From NCBI GenBank assembly GCA_964469905.1, contig CAYXZW010000005.1:36330-100329 (forward strand): a stretch of DNA of 64,000 nucleotides. Direction: 5' to 3'. How positions within the stretch are numbered: position 1 is the first letter of the stretch; each line of letters starts with the position of its first letter. Both the position numbers and the translations under genes were made by a program. A model generated the notes under the pieces. The model did not search any database and was not told where the DNA came from. It saw nothing but the letters and a program-made list of their open reading frames with translations. This DNA is from an uncultured Smithella sp. Lineage in GTDB: Bacteria > Desulfobacterota > Syntrophia > Syntrophales > Smithellaceae. Below are positions 36,797-47,938 of this stretch, in pieces.

Positions 36797-38881
36797 CTAG
36801 AGGAAGAGGACGGGTTCTCTGAGGATCGCTTCTCTTGCTTTATACGCACACACCGCCACCTCCGGATAAGTATCTTTCAGGGCGGCAATTTGCCGCAAAT
36901 TATCGGCTGTCCGCAAAACAAGTGTCGCCATATCACCTTCGGCCAGGCCTGTGGTTTTAATGATGCCCTCCCAGCTGCGTCCCTGTGCCCAGAAATACAT
37001 GGCCGCACCCACTGCCGGATAAAGTTTCGCCGATGTAAATCCTGCTGCGTTCAAACGATGTATCAGCGGCCGGACAATAATCAATACTTTCTTTAGCGAC
37101 GCCGAAAGCATAGGCGGCAGATCTTTCACCGAAATATTAATTTCATTATCGCGATCATAAGCAAACATGGCCACCAGCGCAGCAAGAATTCTTTCATTCT
37201 GTCCATCGAAAGCTTGGCTGCGCAAACATTCGGCAATGAGCAGCGGATAATCCAGACGTAAGCGGGCCGCCCAGAAGCCGTCGGCTGTAAGCTTGTCGTC
37301 GTCACTTACAAAACCTTCCGCCTTCAGAAAATCCAAATGCCGCTGGAAATCTGCCCAGAGTGTTCTTGCTGCCTTGTGTGCTAAATTTTGGTGGCGGGAA
37401 TGCTGCTGATAGGATGCCAGGGATCTTTCAAATATTTGCCGGACATCAGCCGGCGTCTGCGACATGAGCAAATTTAGAACCATAGAAAAATCATTTTTCA
37501 ACTGACTTAGAATATCTTCCGGCGCCTTGAATAATAATTTGCGAACATGAATAATATCCATAAATCTTCCGGGAATCGCCAGCATGAAGCCGATTTTATC
37601 CTGCCCGCGGCGTCCGGCTCGTCCCGTCATTTGCCGGAATTCCGTCGCCGAAAGAGGCTGAAAATCATGTCCATTAAACAAATCGGAATTTAAAAGCACA
37701 ATTGTCCGTGCCGGAAAATTCACCCCGGCGGCAATTGTGGATGTGGCGAAGATAACGCGTAAATGCCCCCGGTTCATCATTTCTTCCACCAACAATTTCC
37801 AGGCAGGCAGCTGGCCGCCATGATGGGCGGCAATCCCGAATGACTGCAAAGCTTTTATTTGTCTGTGGTTATGCAAGGAAGGAAAGCGTTCCAGCAATTC
37901 TGTAAGCGAATCGTCAAATTCCGCAGAGGGAGGTAGAGGCGATAAAAAATCCTTGGCCGTCAAAGCCGCATCACATTCCGCGCGTGACTTTAAAAAAAAG
38001 ATGGCTGGTAATAGATTAAATCTTTCCAGAACACGAATTATGCTGCCGTATTCCGGCAGGCGCCTTTGGTCTTGACGGCTCCCAGAGTCTTTCTTTAATA
38101 AATCAGCAACAGGAGCAGATAATTTTTCCCCTTCTAAAAAAGGCAAAAGTCTGCCGGACGGATGCAGAAAAAGAGGATAAAGCGGCACCGGGCGTTTATC
38201 CTCATTGATCACCACGCAGTGTTTTTTACGGATTGCCGTCAGCCACCGGGCGATCTCTTCCCCATTGCCGATGGTTGCCGACAGGAGCAGCAAATTAACG
38301 CGCACCGGCAGGTAAGTCATCACTTCTTCCCAGACAACACCCCGGTCCACGTCTCCCAGGAAATGGGCCTCATCGAGAATAACCAGATCGCAATTCAAAT
38401 CGCTCCCCTGATGCATGGCATCGTAAAGCTGGTTGCGCAATATTTCCGTTGTGCCTACAATAATCGGCGCTTCTGTATTCTCCTTGGTATCACCGGTAAT
38501 GATCCCCACGTTTCCAGCATCGAAATGCAGGCCAAACTCTATCCATTTAGAATTGGAAAGAGCCTTAAGCGGTGAGGCATACCAGGCCCGTCCACCCTTT
38601 TTGAGCACGGAAACTATCGCTTCCCGGGCAATCCAGGTTTTACCGGAACCGGTCGGAGCGATAACAAGACAATCTGTTTTTTTTATGGCTTCCAGAGCAT
38701 CTTTTTGAAAAGCATCGGGAACAAAAGGAACTAGATGAGGTTTGCCTATTTTAGCCAGGACACTTTTGAGCGCGGGATCAATTTCCGGTTTCATCGCCGG
38801 AGGAGATGATTTCGGCCTTCGCTTTTTTGCAGTAAAGTTCTTTTTAGACGGGGGATAATATTTATCTTTTATAATAATCAT
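36797..38881 (-). CDS. Ski2/HelY-like DEAD/DEAH-box (SF2) helicase
   Basis: 694 aa with motif I APTGSGKT, motif II LDEAHF and motif VI QMTGRAGRRG. The true start may be the internal MKPEIDP (codon 30). Confidence 0.8.
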   Translation of the reverse strand: MIIIKDKYYPPSKKNFTAKKRRPKSSPPAMKPEIDPALKSVLAKIGKPHLVPFVPDAFQKDALEAIKKTDCLVIAPTGSGKTWIAREAIVSVLKKGGRAWYASPLKALSNSKWIEFGLHFDAGNVGIITGDTKENTEAPIIVGTTEILRNQLYDAMHQGSDLNCDLVILDEAHFLGDVDRGVVWEEVMTYLPVRVNLLLLSATIGNGEEIARWLTAIRKKHCVVINEDKRPVPLYPLFLHPSGRLLPFLEGEKLSAPVADLLKKDSGSRQDQRRLPEYGSIIRVLERFNLLPAIFFLKSRAECDAALTAKDFLSPLPPSAEFDDSLTELLERFPSLHNHRQIKALQSFGIAAHHGGQLPAWKLLVEEMMNRGHLRVIFATSTIAAGVNFPARTIVLLNSDLFNGHDFQPLSATEFRQMTGRAGRRGQDKIGFMLAIPGRFMDIIHVRKLLFKAPEDILSQLKNDFSMVLNLLMSQTPADVRQIFERSLASYQQHSRHQNLAHKAARTLWADFQRHLDFLKAEGFVSDDDKLTADGFWAARLRLDYPLLIAECLRSQAFDGQNERILAALVAMFAYDRDNEINISVKDLPPMLSASLKKVLIIVRPLIHRLNAAGFTSAKLYPAVGAAMYFWAQGRSWEGIIKTTGLAEGDMATLVLRTADNLRQIAALKDTYPEVAVCAYKAREAILREPVLFL

Positions 38882-38983
38882 GCCTTTTTGTTGCTATTTT
38901 TTCTTTTTTTATATGTATCACAAAGTCATTTAATGGTAAAGGAACCGGCGGGAAAAATAGTCAGTTGCTGTATGGACATATAA

Positions 38984-40246
38984 ATGCAAAAGAATAAAGA
39001 AATCTTCTGGGGCTGGTTCATCGTCGCAGGCGCTTTTCTGGTGCTGGGCATAAATTACGGATCGCGTTACTGCTTTGGGGTTTTTCTCAAGCCTATGGCA
39101 GAGGAATTTGCCTGGTCGCGTTCGGTAATATCACTGGCTGCCACTATCAATATTATCCTCTATTCTGTCGGCGCTATTTTTGTAGGACGGATGCTGGATC
39201 GAATTGCACCGCGCTGGATTATAACAGCGGGAGCCACCCTTGCCGCCGGCGGTTACATCCTGACCGGTTTCGTCAACACCCCGTTCGGTTTATACATCAC
39301 TTATGGTTTGATGGTGGGCATCGGAACAACCGGTTTGGGCGTTGTCACTTGCAGTTCCTCCGTAGGTAAATGGTTTATCAGAAAAAGGGGTGTGGCAATC
39401 GGCATAGCTTCCATGGGAATAAGTTTCGGAACCATGGCCCTGACTCCGCTGGCAGGATATATAGTCAATTTCCTGAACTGGCGAATCGGACTCATGACTC
39501 TCGGCGCAATTACATTGCTGATCGGACTGATTGTTTCTCAAACATTGATGCAAAAAACACACCCGGAAGCATATGGCCTGCTGCCCGATGGCGATAAAAA
39601 CAATACGAACAAAGAAGCATCAGCGGCACAAGCCGTTTATATATTACCAACAATGACCATTTTTAATGATTCGCGTTTCTGGACACTTGCTGTTTGTCAG
39701 GGATTGGCTTTCATGGTTACGATGTCGGTTTTTGTTCACCAGGTTGCTTACGCTGAGGATAACGGAGTCTCCATGGTTGCCGCTGCTGCGTCTCTGGCCG
39801 CAATCAGTTTTACCGGATTTCTTGGTCAGTTCTTCTGGGGATGGCTGAGCGACCGCCTGAAAGATCCAAAATATGCTTTTTGTATGGGCATCGTATTCAT
39901 GCTGGCAGGCATGATACTACTTATCAATGCACGCAGCATCAATCAACTTTATGTCTATGCCCTTGTATACGGCTTTGGTTACGGTTCTCTGGCCCCGACT
40001 ATACCGATTATTGCTGCCCACCGCTTTGGCCGGCAGGTGCTGGGATCAATTTACGGACTGCTGACATTCTTTATCGGCGTAGGAGGCAGCATCGGTCCGA
40101 TTCTCGGCGGCTTTATTTATGATCATTTTGGTTCTTACCGGTATCTATGGTTGATTAATATTTGTGTGCTTATTTTTATTACCATTACCATTTTGACCCT
40201 GAAAAAAGGCAAACAATACGGTCCCGCCGCCACATCACTACAATAG
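38984..40246 (+). CDS. MFS transporter (oxalate/formate-antiporter-like)
   Basis: 420 aa, 12 predicted TM helices, with GRMLDRIAPRW between TM2 and TM3. Confidence 0.8.
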   Translation: MQKNKEIFWGWFIVAGAFLVLGINYGSRYCFGVFLKPMAEEFAWSRSVISLAATINIILYSVGAIFVGRMLDRIAPRWIITAGATLAAGGYILTGFVNTPFGLYITYGLMVGIGTTGLGVVTCSSSVGKWFIRKRGVAIGIASMGISFGTMALTPLAGYIVNFLNWRIGLMTLGAITLLIGLIVSQTLMQKTHPEAYGLLPDGDKNNTNKEASAAQAVYILPTMTIFNDSRFWTLAVCQGLAFMVTMSVFVHQVAYAEDNGVSMVAAAASLAAISFTGFLGQFFWGWLSDRLKDPKYAFCMGIVFMLAGMILLINARSINQLYVYALVYGFGYGSLAPTIPIIAAHRFGRQVLGSIYGLLTFFIGVGGSIGPILGGFIYDHFGSYRYLWLINICVLIFITITILTLKKGKQYGPAATSLQ

Positions 40247-40247
40247 A

Positions 40248-40279
40248 AAAGTCCCCTGCTCCAAGGAACAGGGGACTTT
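40248..40279. terminator. Bidirectional hairpin terminator between the MFS gene and groEL
   Basis: Stem AAAGTCCCCTG / CAGGGGACTTT with a 10-nt loop. Confidence 0.65.
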
Positions 40280-40334
40280 AACTTTCCAATCTTCAGCCTC
40301 GCGCCACCTTCAGGTGGTCGGCCTTCAGTCTTTT

Positions 40335-41999
<1,665 letters not shown>

Positions 42000-42016
42000 T
42001 TATATTCTTAATTCGC

Positions 42017-42307
42017 TTATTTTTCGATAACGCCTAAAATGTCGTCTTCTCTCATGATCAGATACTCTTCGCCATCAATCTTAACTTCGGTCCCGCCGTA
42101 TTTGCTGAAAAGAATTTTGTCGCCTGCTTTTACATCCATTTTGATCAACTTACCATCATCAGCTACTTTTCCCTTGCCAACAGCAATAACTTTACCTTCG
42201 ACTGGTTTCTCTTTTGCTGAATCCGGGATGATGATTCCCCCCTTGGTTTTCTGCTCTTCTTCCAAACGTTTTACAATGACTCTATCCTGTAAAGGTCTGA
42301 TTTTCAT
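42017..42307 (-). CDS. groS: Co-chaperonin GroES
   Basis: 96 aa starting [14 protein letters not shown]. Confidence 0.98.
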   Translation of the reverse strand: MKIRPLQDRVIVKRLEEEQKTKGGIIIPDSAKEKPVEGKVIAVGKGKVADDGKLIKMDVKAGDKILFSKYGGTEVKIDGEEYLIMREDDILGVIEK

Positions 42308-42344
42308 GCGCTTTTCTCTCCTTTCCTCTTTTTTTGTAATTTAT

Positions 42345-42396
42345 ATAGTATAGCGGTGAAGCGGCGCTATATTATGCACTATTTTCGCCGTGTCAA
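42345..42396 (-). promoter_or_regulatory. groESL promoter (TTGACA-N16-TAATAT) overlapped by the inverted repeat ATAGTATAGCG-N9-CGCTATATTAT
   Basis: On the minus strand, -35 is at 42396-42391 and -10 at 42374-42369. The IR arms are 42345-42355 and 42365-42375 (10/11 complementary, 9-nt spacer). No canonical CIRCE is present. Confidence 0.55.
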
Positions 42397-42439
42397 GGTT
42401 TTTAGAAAAATTTTCTTGATTTTTTAAAGTGCTTATTTA

Positions 42440-43798
42440 TTAGAAAATATTTTCCAGTAATTCTTTTAAAGAACCAATGGTGCATGTTTCCATTTTTGCT
42501 ATTTTGGCCAACTGGACTGCGTTTGTCCTGGGCACAAGACAACGTTTAAAACCCAAACGGGCCGCTTCCTTGATGCGGACTTCCATTTGTGAAATGGCGC
42601 GAACTTCCCCGGTAAGACCGACTTCCCCCAATACAACCGTATGCGAATCAATCGGCCGGTCCAGAAAACTCGACGCCATTGCAGCAACTATGCCGAGATC
42701 TACTGCCGGTTCTTCCACCCTTATACCTCCGGCAACATTAATAAAAATATCCGAACCACTTAAATGCAGGCCGCAAATCTTATCAAGCACAGCAACCAGA
42801 AGCGAAACACGGTTATGATCGACACCAATGGCCGTGCGTCTCGGCATACCCAGGTTGGTGGCACTGACCAGAGCCTGAATCTCCACCAGGATCGGCCGGG
42901 TACCTTCCAAACTGGGAACAACAACGGACCCAGCGACATTCTGCGGCCGTTCGGCGAGAAAAAAAGCCGAGGGATTGGGCACTTCCTGTAGTCCTTTATC
43001 CTGCATTTCAAAGACGCCGATTTCATTAGCCGGGCCAAAACGGTTTTTCATACTGCGGATAATCCGGTAAGCATGGCCGGAATCCCCCTCGAAATAAAGA
43101 ACCGTATCGACCATATGCTCCAGTACTTTGGGGCCGGCAATGGAGCCATCTTTCGTCACGTGACCGATAAGAAAAACTGGAATGCCATGTTTTTTAGAAA
43201 ACAAAATCAGTCGCGATGATGCCTCACGCACCTGCCCGACACTGCCCGGCGCGGACATCAGGTCTGCCGAGTAAACTGTTTGAATGGAATCAATGACAAC
43301 TATGACGGGAGCAACCGCTTTTATTTGCTCCAGAATTTTTTCTAAGGAAATCTCCACCAGCACCAGCAAATCCTTGGAGGATGCGCCAATACGGTTGCTG
43401 CGCAATTTAATCTGCTGTGCTGATTCTTCGCCGGATACGTAAAGAACCTTCAGCCCTTTTTCCGAAAGCTTGTGCATCATCTGCAAAAGCAAAGTTGATT
43501 TGCCGATACCGGGCTCACCGCCGACCAAAATTGCCGATCCACCTACAATACCGCCACCCAGAACCCGGTCTATTTCGGCAATACCCGTAACAATCCGCTG
43601 GCCTTCCTCAGCCGGGATATCTTCAATCGGCAGCGGCTTGCCGTCAAACTTCATCTCGGAACGGCTTGACGAATCAGACTCCATAACCAATTCTTCGGCA
43701 AAGCAATTCCAGCCGTTGCATGACGGGCATTTACCCAGCCATTTAGGTGACATGTAGCCACAGTGCTGACAAAAGAAGCTTGTTTTGCTTTTTTTCAA
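42440..43798 (-). CDS. radA: DNA repair protein RadA/Sms
   Basis: 452 aa with a zinc ribbon CQHCGY...CPSC, Walker A GEPGIGKST, the KNRFG motif and a Lon-like C-terminal domain. Confidence 0.95.
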   Translation of the reverse strand: MKKSKTSFFCQHCGYMSPKWLGKCPSCNGWNCFAEELVMESDSSSRSEMKFDGKPLPIEDIPAEEGQRIVTGIAEIDRVLGGGIVGGSAILVGGEPGIGKSTLLLQMMHKLSEKGLKVLYVSGEESAQQIKLRSNRIGASSKDLLVLVEISLEKILEQIKAVAPVIVVIDSIQTVYSADLMSAPGSVGQVREASSRLILFSKKHGIPVFLIGHVTKDGSIAGPKVLEHMVDTVLYFEGDSGHAYRIIRSMKNRFGPANEIGVFEMQDKGLQEVPNPSAFFLAERPQNVAGSVVVPSLEGTRPILVEIQALVSATNLGMPRRTAIGVDHNRVSLLVAVLDKICGLHLSGSDIFINVAGGIRVEEPAVDLGIVAAMASSFLDRPIDSHTVVLGEVGLTGEVRAISQMEVRIKEAARLGFKRCLVPRTNAVQLAKIAKMETCTIGSLKELLENIF

Positions 43799-44205
43799 AG
43801 CCGGTTTCTCCTTGACTTAGATGAATCACAAGAGCATATTTTTTCAGAAAATGCCAACATGAATTGAAAGAAGAAATTGCATGAAATACAAAATAATACT
43901 TACTTTATTAGACATTATTATGTTGTCTTTCTTTTTTAGATTCGCCTCTTCTTTCGATGAAATTACCTTAGCACGGCATGCGCAGATTAAAGGGTAAAAC
44001 AATATCCGTATCCATACTGCTGTGCAGCGCTTCTGCTCACAAGCAGTGCTATTTAATAGCAAAACACTTGCAATATTAGTTTTTTGTCTTGACTTTGATA
44101 AAAGGCTTAGTTAGCGTAATAACGATTATGGATAAAGGGACTAGAGTTGCTTATAAAAAAACGTTCGAGAATTGATAATTTACAATTATTATTAAAGGAG
44201 TTGAA

Positions 44206-44598
44206 ATGAAAAAAAAATTAATATTGATTCTTATTATCGTACTTCTTCCTATTTCCTCTTCCCTTGCAACTGAGGGAATTAAGCCGGCAACAATGGAAAA
44301 ATATAGGCAAATCAAGGATAATCTGGGGCAAATGTATCAGTCCAAAGTTGGAACTTACGCCAAGGACATCCTGGAAAGAGCCAATCGAGCCCTTGCCAAA
44401 GCCTCGGAAGAAATAGACGCAAAGAACGAAAAGGCAACTCTCGAAGCTCTGGACATGACAACTCTCCAAATTGATCTCGCCAGGGTCAAGACTGAGGAGT
44501 TGGAAGCAGCTCAAAAAACAGCTGTTACCCGGACTAAAGTTGACAAATTATCGCAGCGGCTAAACGATATCCTTTCCGGTAAAGGAGATACAAAATGA
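44206..44598 (+). CDS. Secreted helical protein (DUF4398-like)
   Basis: 130 aa with a signal peptide and an Ala/Glu/Lys-rich helical body. It sits directly upstream of, and overlaps (ATGA), an OmpA-like gene, as DUF4398 genes typically do. Confidence 0.5.
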   Translation: MKKKLILILIIVLLPISSSLATEGIKPATMEKYRQIKDNLGQMYQSKVGTYAKDILERANRALAKASEEIDAKNEKATLEALDMTTLQIDLARVKTEELEAAQKTAVTRTKVDKLSQRLNDILSGKGDTK

Positions 44599-45749
44599 AA
44601 AAATTATCTATTGTCATTATTTCATTCCTTTTCTTTTTCATCCAAGTCAATGCTGTTTTTGCCGACAGAGACCAACTACAGTTTTCTATTCAAAAAGTTA
44701 AAACCGATATTGAAAAAAGCCAGAAGAAGAGTGAAGAAGTCAAGGTTTCCATTAATGAACTTCAAAAAGCACGCGAATATATTAAACAGGCGGAGACTGA
44801 ACTGGCAAAAAGCAAAAACTGGCGGGGAACTTTAGATAAGAAAGCAGAACCGCTAATTACATATTACACAGAAATGGCGGAAATCTATACATCCATTGCT
44901 TTTTCACGGTTGGAAAAATTCACTCAGGAAAGAGAAAATGAGCGACTGGAAAAGCAAATTCCGGAAATTGAAGCCAGAATAAAAGTATTTGACGATAAGA
45001 ATGCGGAAATAAAAAAATTAAAGGAAATGCTGGAAAAACCACAAGGTAAAATTCGCGATGTTAACAGCGAAATAGCCAACCTCAAGAAGGAAAGGACGGA
45101 ATTGCTGGGCCAGGTTGCCCAACTGAAAACAGAGAACGAAAAATCATCGGGAAAAATCGAAATGCTTAATGAAGTGGTAGCTTCCGTAAGAATTGATCTT
45201 ACCGAAAAAATAAAAGCGGTAGAAAATCTTTCAGCGGAAAACAAACTCTTGAAGGATAACATAAAAAGTTCGGAAACTTCGAAAGGCAGCAGTCTTGTGG
45301 AAATGCAGACCAGGCTGAACTCAATGGATGCAAAGCTTAAGTTATTCGACACCGTTGGGAAAATTGGATTTATTTCCAAAGCTTCCGGCGACGGATATAC
45401 CTTCATTATTCCGCGAAGCAAATTAATTAAAACCACTGGCAAAAATCCTGCCTTTACTCCGGACGCAGAGCAATACATTACGGAAATTGTTAAGAACATG
45501 AAAATTTTACCCGAAAGCAAATTGTCCATTAAAGTTCATGGTTTTGGCAAACCGGTAAGTAACGAAGATAGCAAAGGCACATCAGCCATGGCCAATTTGC
45601 TGAAAAAAGCATTTCTCAGCAAGGGAATGAGCGAATCGGCAATACAGGCCTCCGGTGCAGGTAGTGAGGCGCCACTTTTTTCAAAAAGTGCTATTGAAGA
45701 AAACAGATGCATTGAAATGACGATTAGTAACTTAGCAGCCGGAAAATAG
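44595..45749 (+). CDS. Coiled-coil protein with a degenerate OmpA-like C-terminal domain
   Basis: 384 aa with a signal peptide, ~230 aa of coiled coil, then GYTFIIP...FTPDAEQYI...IKVHGF... Confidence 0.5.
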   Translation: MKKLSIVIISFLFFFIQVNAVFADRDQLQFSIQKVKTDIEKSQKKSEEVKVSINELQKAREYIKQAETELAKSKNWRGTLDKKAEPLITYYTEMAEIYTSIAFSRLEKFTQERENERLEKQIPEIEARIKVFDDKNAEIKKLKEMLEKPQGKIRDVNSEIANLKKERTELLGQVAQLKTENEKSSGKIEMLNEVVASVRIDLTEKIKAVENLSAENKLLKDNIKSSETSKGSSLVEMQTRLNSMDAKLKLFDTVGKIGFISKASGDGYTFIIPRSKLIKTTGKNPAFTPDAEQYITEIVKNMKILPESKLSIKVHGFGKPVSNEDSKGTSAMANLLKKAFLSKGMSESAIQASGAGSEAPLFSKSAIEENRCIEMTISNLAAGK

Positions 45750-45869
45750 TAAAGCTAAAGTCTTCAATCAGGCGGGGTGCAAGTAAAGCTAACTGTGCAA
45801 ATGGGACAGCTACCTTAAATTCTGCCTTACATGCATTTCCGTCACCCGTATCTTTAAAGTGAGGTTACC

Positions 45870-46184
45870 ATGCCCGAATTTAAAAACGTAACAGTAATAA
45901 AAAAAGCCAATATTTACTTTGACGGCAAAGTCACCAGCCGCACGGTTATTTTCTCGGATGGTTCCAAAAAGACGCTGGGCATAATGCTCCCCGGGGAATA
46001 CGCATTTGGAACAGCAAGCAAGGAAATAATGGAAATACTTGCCGGTGAACTGGAGATACTGCTGCCGGGAGAAAATGAGTGGAAAACAATAAAAGCTGGA
46101 GATTCATTTGAAGTTCCGGCTCAATCCAAATTCAGCCTGAATGTTAAAAGCATTACTGATTACTGTTGCTCCTATATCAGCTAA
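45870..46184 (+). CDS. ppnP: Pyrimidine/purine nucleoside phosphorylase (DUF1255)
   Basis: 104 aa with [14 protein letters not shown]...GEYAFGT...E.MEILAGEL, matching the YaiE/PpnP pattern. Confidence 0.85.
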   Translation: MPEFKNVTVIKKANIYFDGKVTSRTVIFSDGSKKTLGIMLPGEYAFGTASKEIMEILAGELEILLPGENEWKTIKAGDSFEVPAQSKFSLNVKSITDYCCSYIS

Positions 46185-46202
46185 ACGGCACTTAATAAAT
46201 AT

Positions 46203-46230
46203 GCATTCCCGCACTAATATGCGGGAATGC
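46203..46230. repeat. REP-type hairpin GCATTCCCGCA-ctaata-TGCGGGAATGC (also a likely terminator for ppnP)
   Basis: An 11-bp perfect stem in the same TTCCCGC/GCGGGAA family as 17943-17960. Confidence 0.7.
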
Positions 46231-46305
46231 TGTCTCGGTTTAAATTAAAGTCACCTGTCATAAGCACCGGGAAATGCATGGCGTAAAAAATTCAACCCCT
46301 GCTTG

Positions 46306-46899
46306 TCATTTAAACAGCTTCTGATACTCTCCGTAGCCTTTCTTTTCCAGGTCTTCTTTGGGAATAAATCGCAGGGCGGCGGAATTCATGCAATAACGCA
46401 ATCCTGTCGGTGCCGGCCCATCGGGGAAAACATGACCAAGGTGAGAACCGGCATACCTGCTTTTCACTTCCAGGTCGTGGGGAGATTTCACGACATTACC
46501 CGGTTCGATGGGCCGCGTAAAGCTGGGCCAGCCTGTTCCGGAATCGTATTTGTCTTTAGAACTGAAAAGCGGCTCGCCGGAAACAATATCGACATAAATG
46601 CCATCTCTGTAGTTTTTATCATATTCGTTGGTAAAAGGCGCTTCAGTACCTTCGCGTTGAGTAACTTTGTGCTGCAGCGGAGATAGAATTTTCTGCAAAG
46701 TTACATCGTCCTGCTTTTTAAAGTTTTTCCAGTCACAAGTATTGATTTTCGCGGCTTGAGCATTCGCGGGATTTTCGTTTTTCATATTTACCTCCTTTAT
46801 TTCCTTTATGCTGCTTTTCTCCGGCTGCGCAACCATACCGGAATTCTGGCAAGCCGTAATCATAAATAAAACCATCACACTTATCGGTAATGTTTTCAT
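46306..46899 (-). CDS. msrB: Peptide-methionine (R)-S-oxide reductase, lipoprotein form
   Basis: 197 aa with lipobox LFMITAC, the catalytic region GLRYCMNS and GTGWPSF. Confidence 0.88.
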   Translation of the reverse strand: MKTLPISVMVLFMITACQNSGMVAQPEKSSIKEIKEVNMKNENPANAQAAKINTCDWKNFKKQDDVTLQKILSPLQHKVTQREGTEAPFTNEYDKNYRDGIYVDIVSGEPLFSSKDKYDSGTGWPSFTRPIEPGNVVKSPHDLEVKSRYAGSHLGHVFPDGPAPTGLRYCMNSAALRFIPKEDLEKKGYGEYQKLFK

Positions 46900-47089
46900 A
46901 ATTTCTCCTCTGTTAAATTGAATATTCGATGATAATATAATGACGAAATATTTAAGCGCAAATCACATTGTTATGCTGACAGGGAAATAACAGCTTATAT
47001 CCAACAGATTCAATGTTTTTGATTGGATTGGTCTCCGGCGGGAGCAGAACCATGATCACATCGGGCAATAATATCTCTGATAAAAGGGA

Positions 47090-47105
47090 GGATTTGGCCA
47101 AATCC
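47090..47105 (-). terminator. Perfect 16-bp palindrome GGATTTGGCCAAATCC downstream of the DsbA-like gene
   Basis: It lies 46 nt after the stop at 47152 and is followed on the minus strand by TCCCTTTTAT. Possibly a terminator. Confidence 0.4.
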
Positions 47106-47151
47106 AATAAATACTCTGGATTTAACAGCAGTTATTTTTCAGAGCATATCC

Positions 47152-47745
47152 TCATTTAAGTTGATCGAGAATGTCACGGAATACTGGAATCGGCTGGGCC
47201 CCGACGATTTTATATTTATTCTCGATGATGAACAGGGGCACGCCGGTTAAACCAATCAACTGCCCCTCTTGTCTTGCTTCCTTTAAACGGGATTCATAAC
47301 GACCTGCATTCACGGCACTAAGCGTCTCTTTTTCATCCAGACCGCTTTTCCCGGCAACGGCGGCAATAATATCCGGATGACCGATGTCGAGACCCTCCGT
47401 AAAATATGCATAAAAGATGTTCTCATGAAAAGAATTATGCAGTCCCCTATCCCGGGCATATTCACTAGCCATCAGAGCCAAGCGGGAATTGGAAAGGAGT
47501 TTGTGGTTGCCGAAAGTTACACCAACTTCTTTACCGCGGAAGCGCAGCTGGTCATAAAGCGAAGAGAGGTCGTAACCCTTGAATCTCTCGGAGAGCAATA
47601 TTCCGGCAGGCGGCGTTTCCGGATGAAGCTCGTAGCTCAGCCATTGATCATCAATGGCGTATTCTTGTTTCAATTGATCGACAATGCCCTTGCCTATATA
47701 ACAGAAAGGTCAGATATAGTCGGAAAATATCCTGAAGTTAACCAT
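47152..47745 (-). CDS. DsbA/FrnE-like thiol oxidoreductase with in-frame TGA (probable selenocysteine) in a U-P-F-C redox motif
   Basis: The track ORF (47152-47673) starts at TTG. The same frame extends upstream to ATG 47745 behind AGAGGA and reads MVNFRIFSDYI-TGA(47712-47710)-PFCYIGKGIVDQ-LKQEYAIDDQW... The TGA is the only stop and replaces the first Cys of CxxC. Confidence 0.7.
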
Positions 47746-47938
47746 AATTTTATTCCTCTGTTGGATGGTATTTAATCTCTCTGTCTATCAACTATAAAGA
47801 AGAAGTTCTTATTTTTTATTGTCAGATTCCAATCTGTGGCTTGTTCTGCAAAGAACTGGAACAAACATACCCCTGATTGCCTTGCGCTTCAAATGTTTTT
47901 TTGGTGAATGCATAGATACGTAAAAGTTCTTTTACAAA

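Noticed and set aside
42308-42440. Canonical CIRCE (TTAGCACTC-N9-GAGTGCTAA) or a sigma32-type promoter upstream of groES.
   Set aside because: Neither is present on either strand. Only AAGTGCTTA at about 42427-42435 resembles half a CIRCE, and it has no partner arm at the right spacing.
44016-44047. Nested hairpin ACTGCT-gt-GCAG-cgctt-CTGC-tcaca-AGCAGT in the radA / 44206 divergent region.
   Set aside because: It is a single occurrence with no flanking promoter or terminator signals and no match to the repeat families. It could be a protein-binding site, but nothing supports a specific call.
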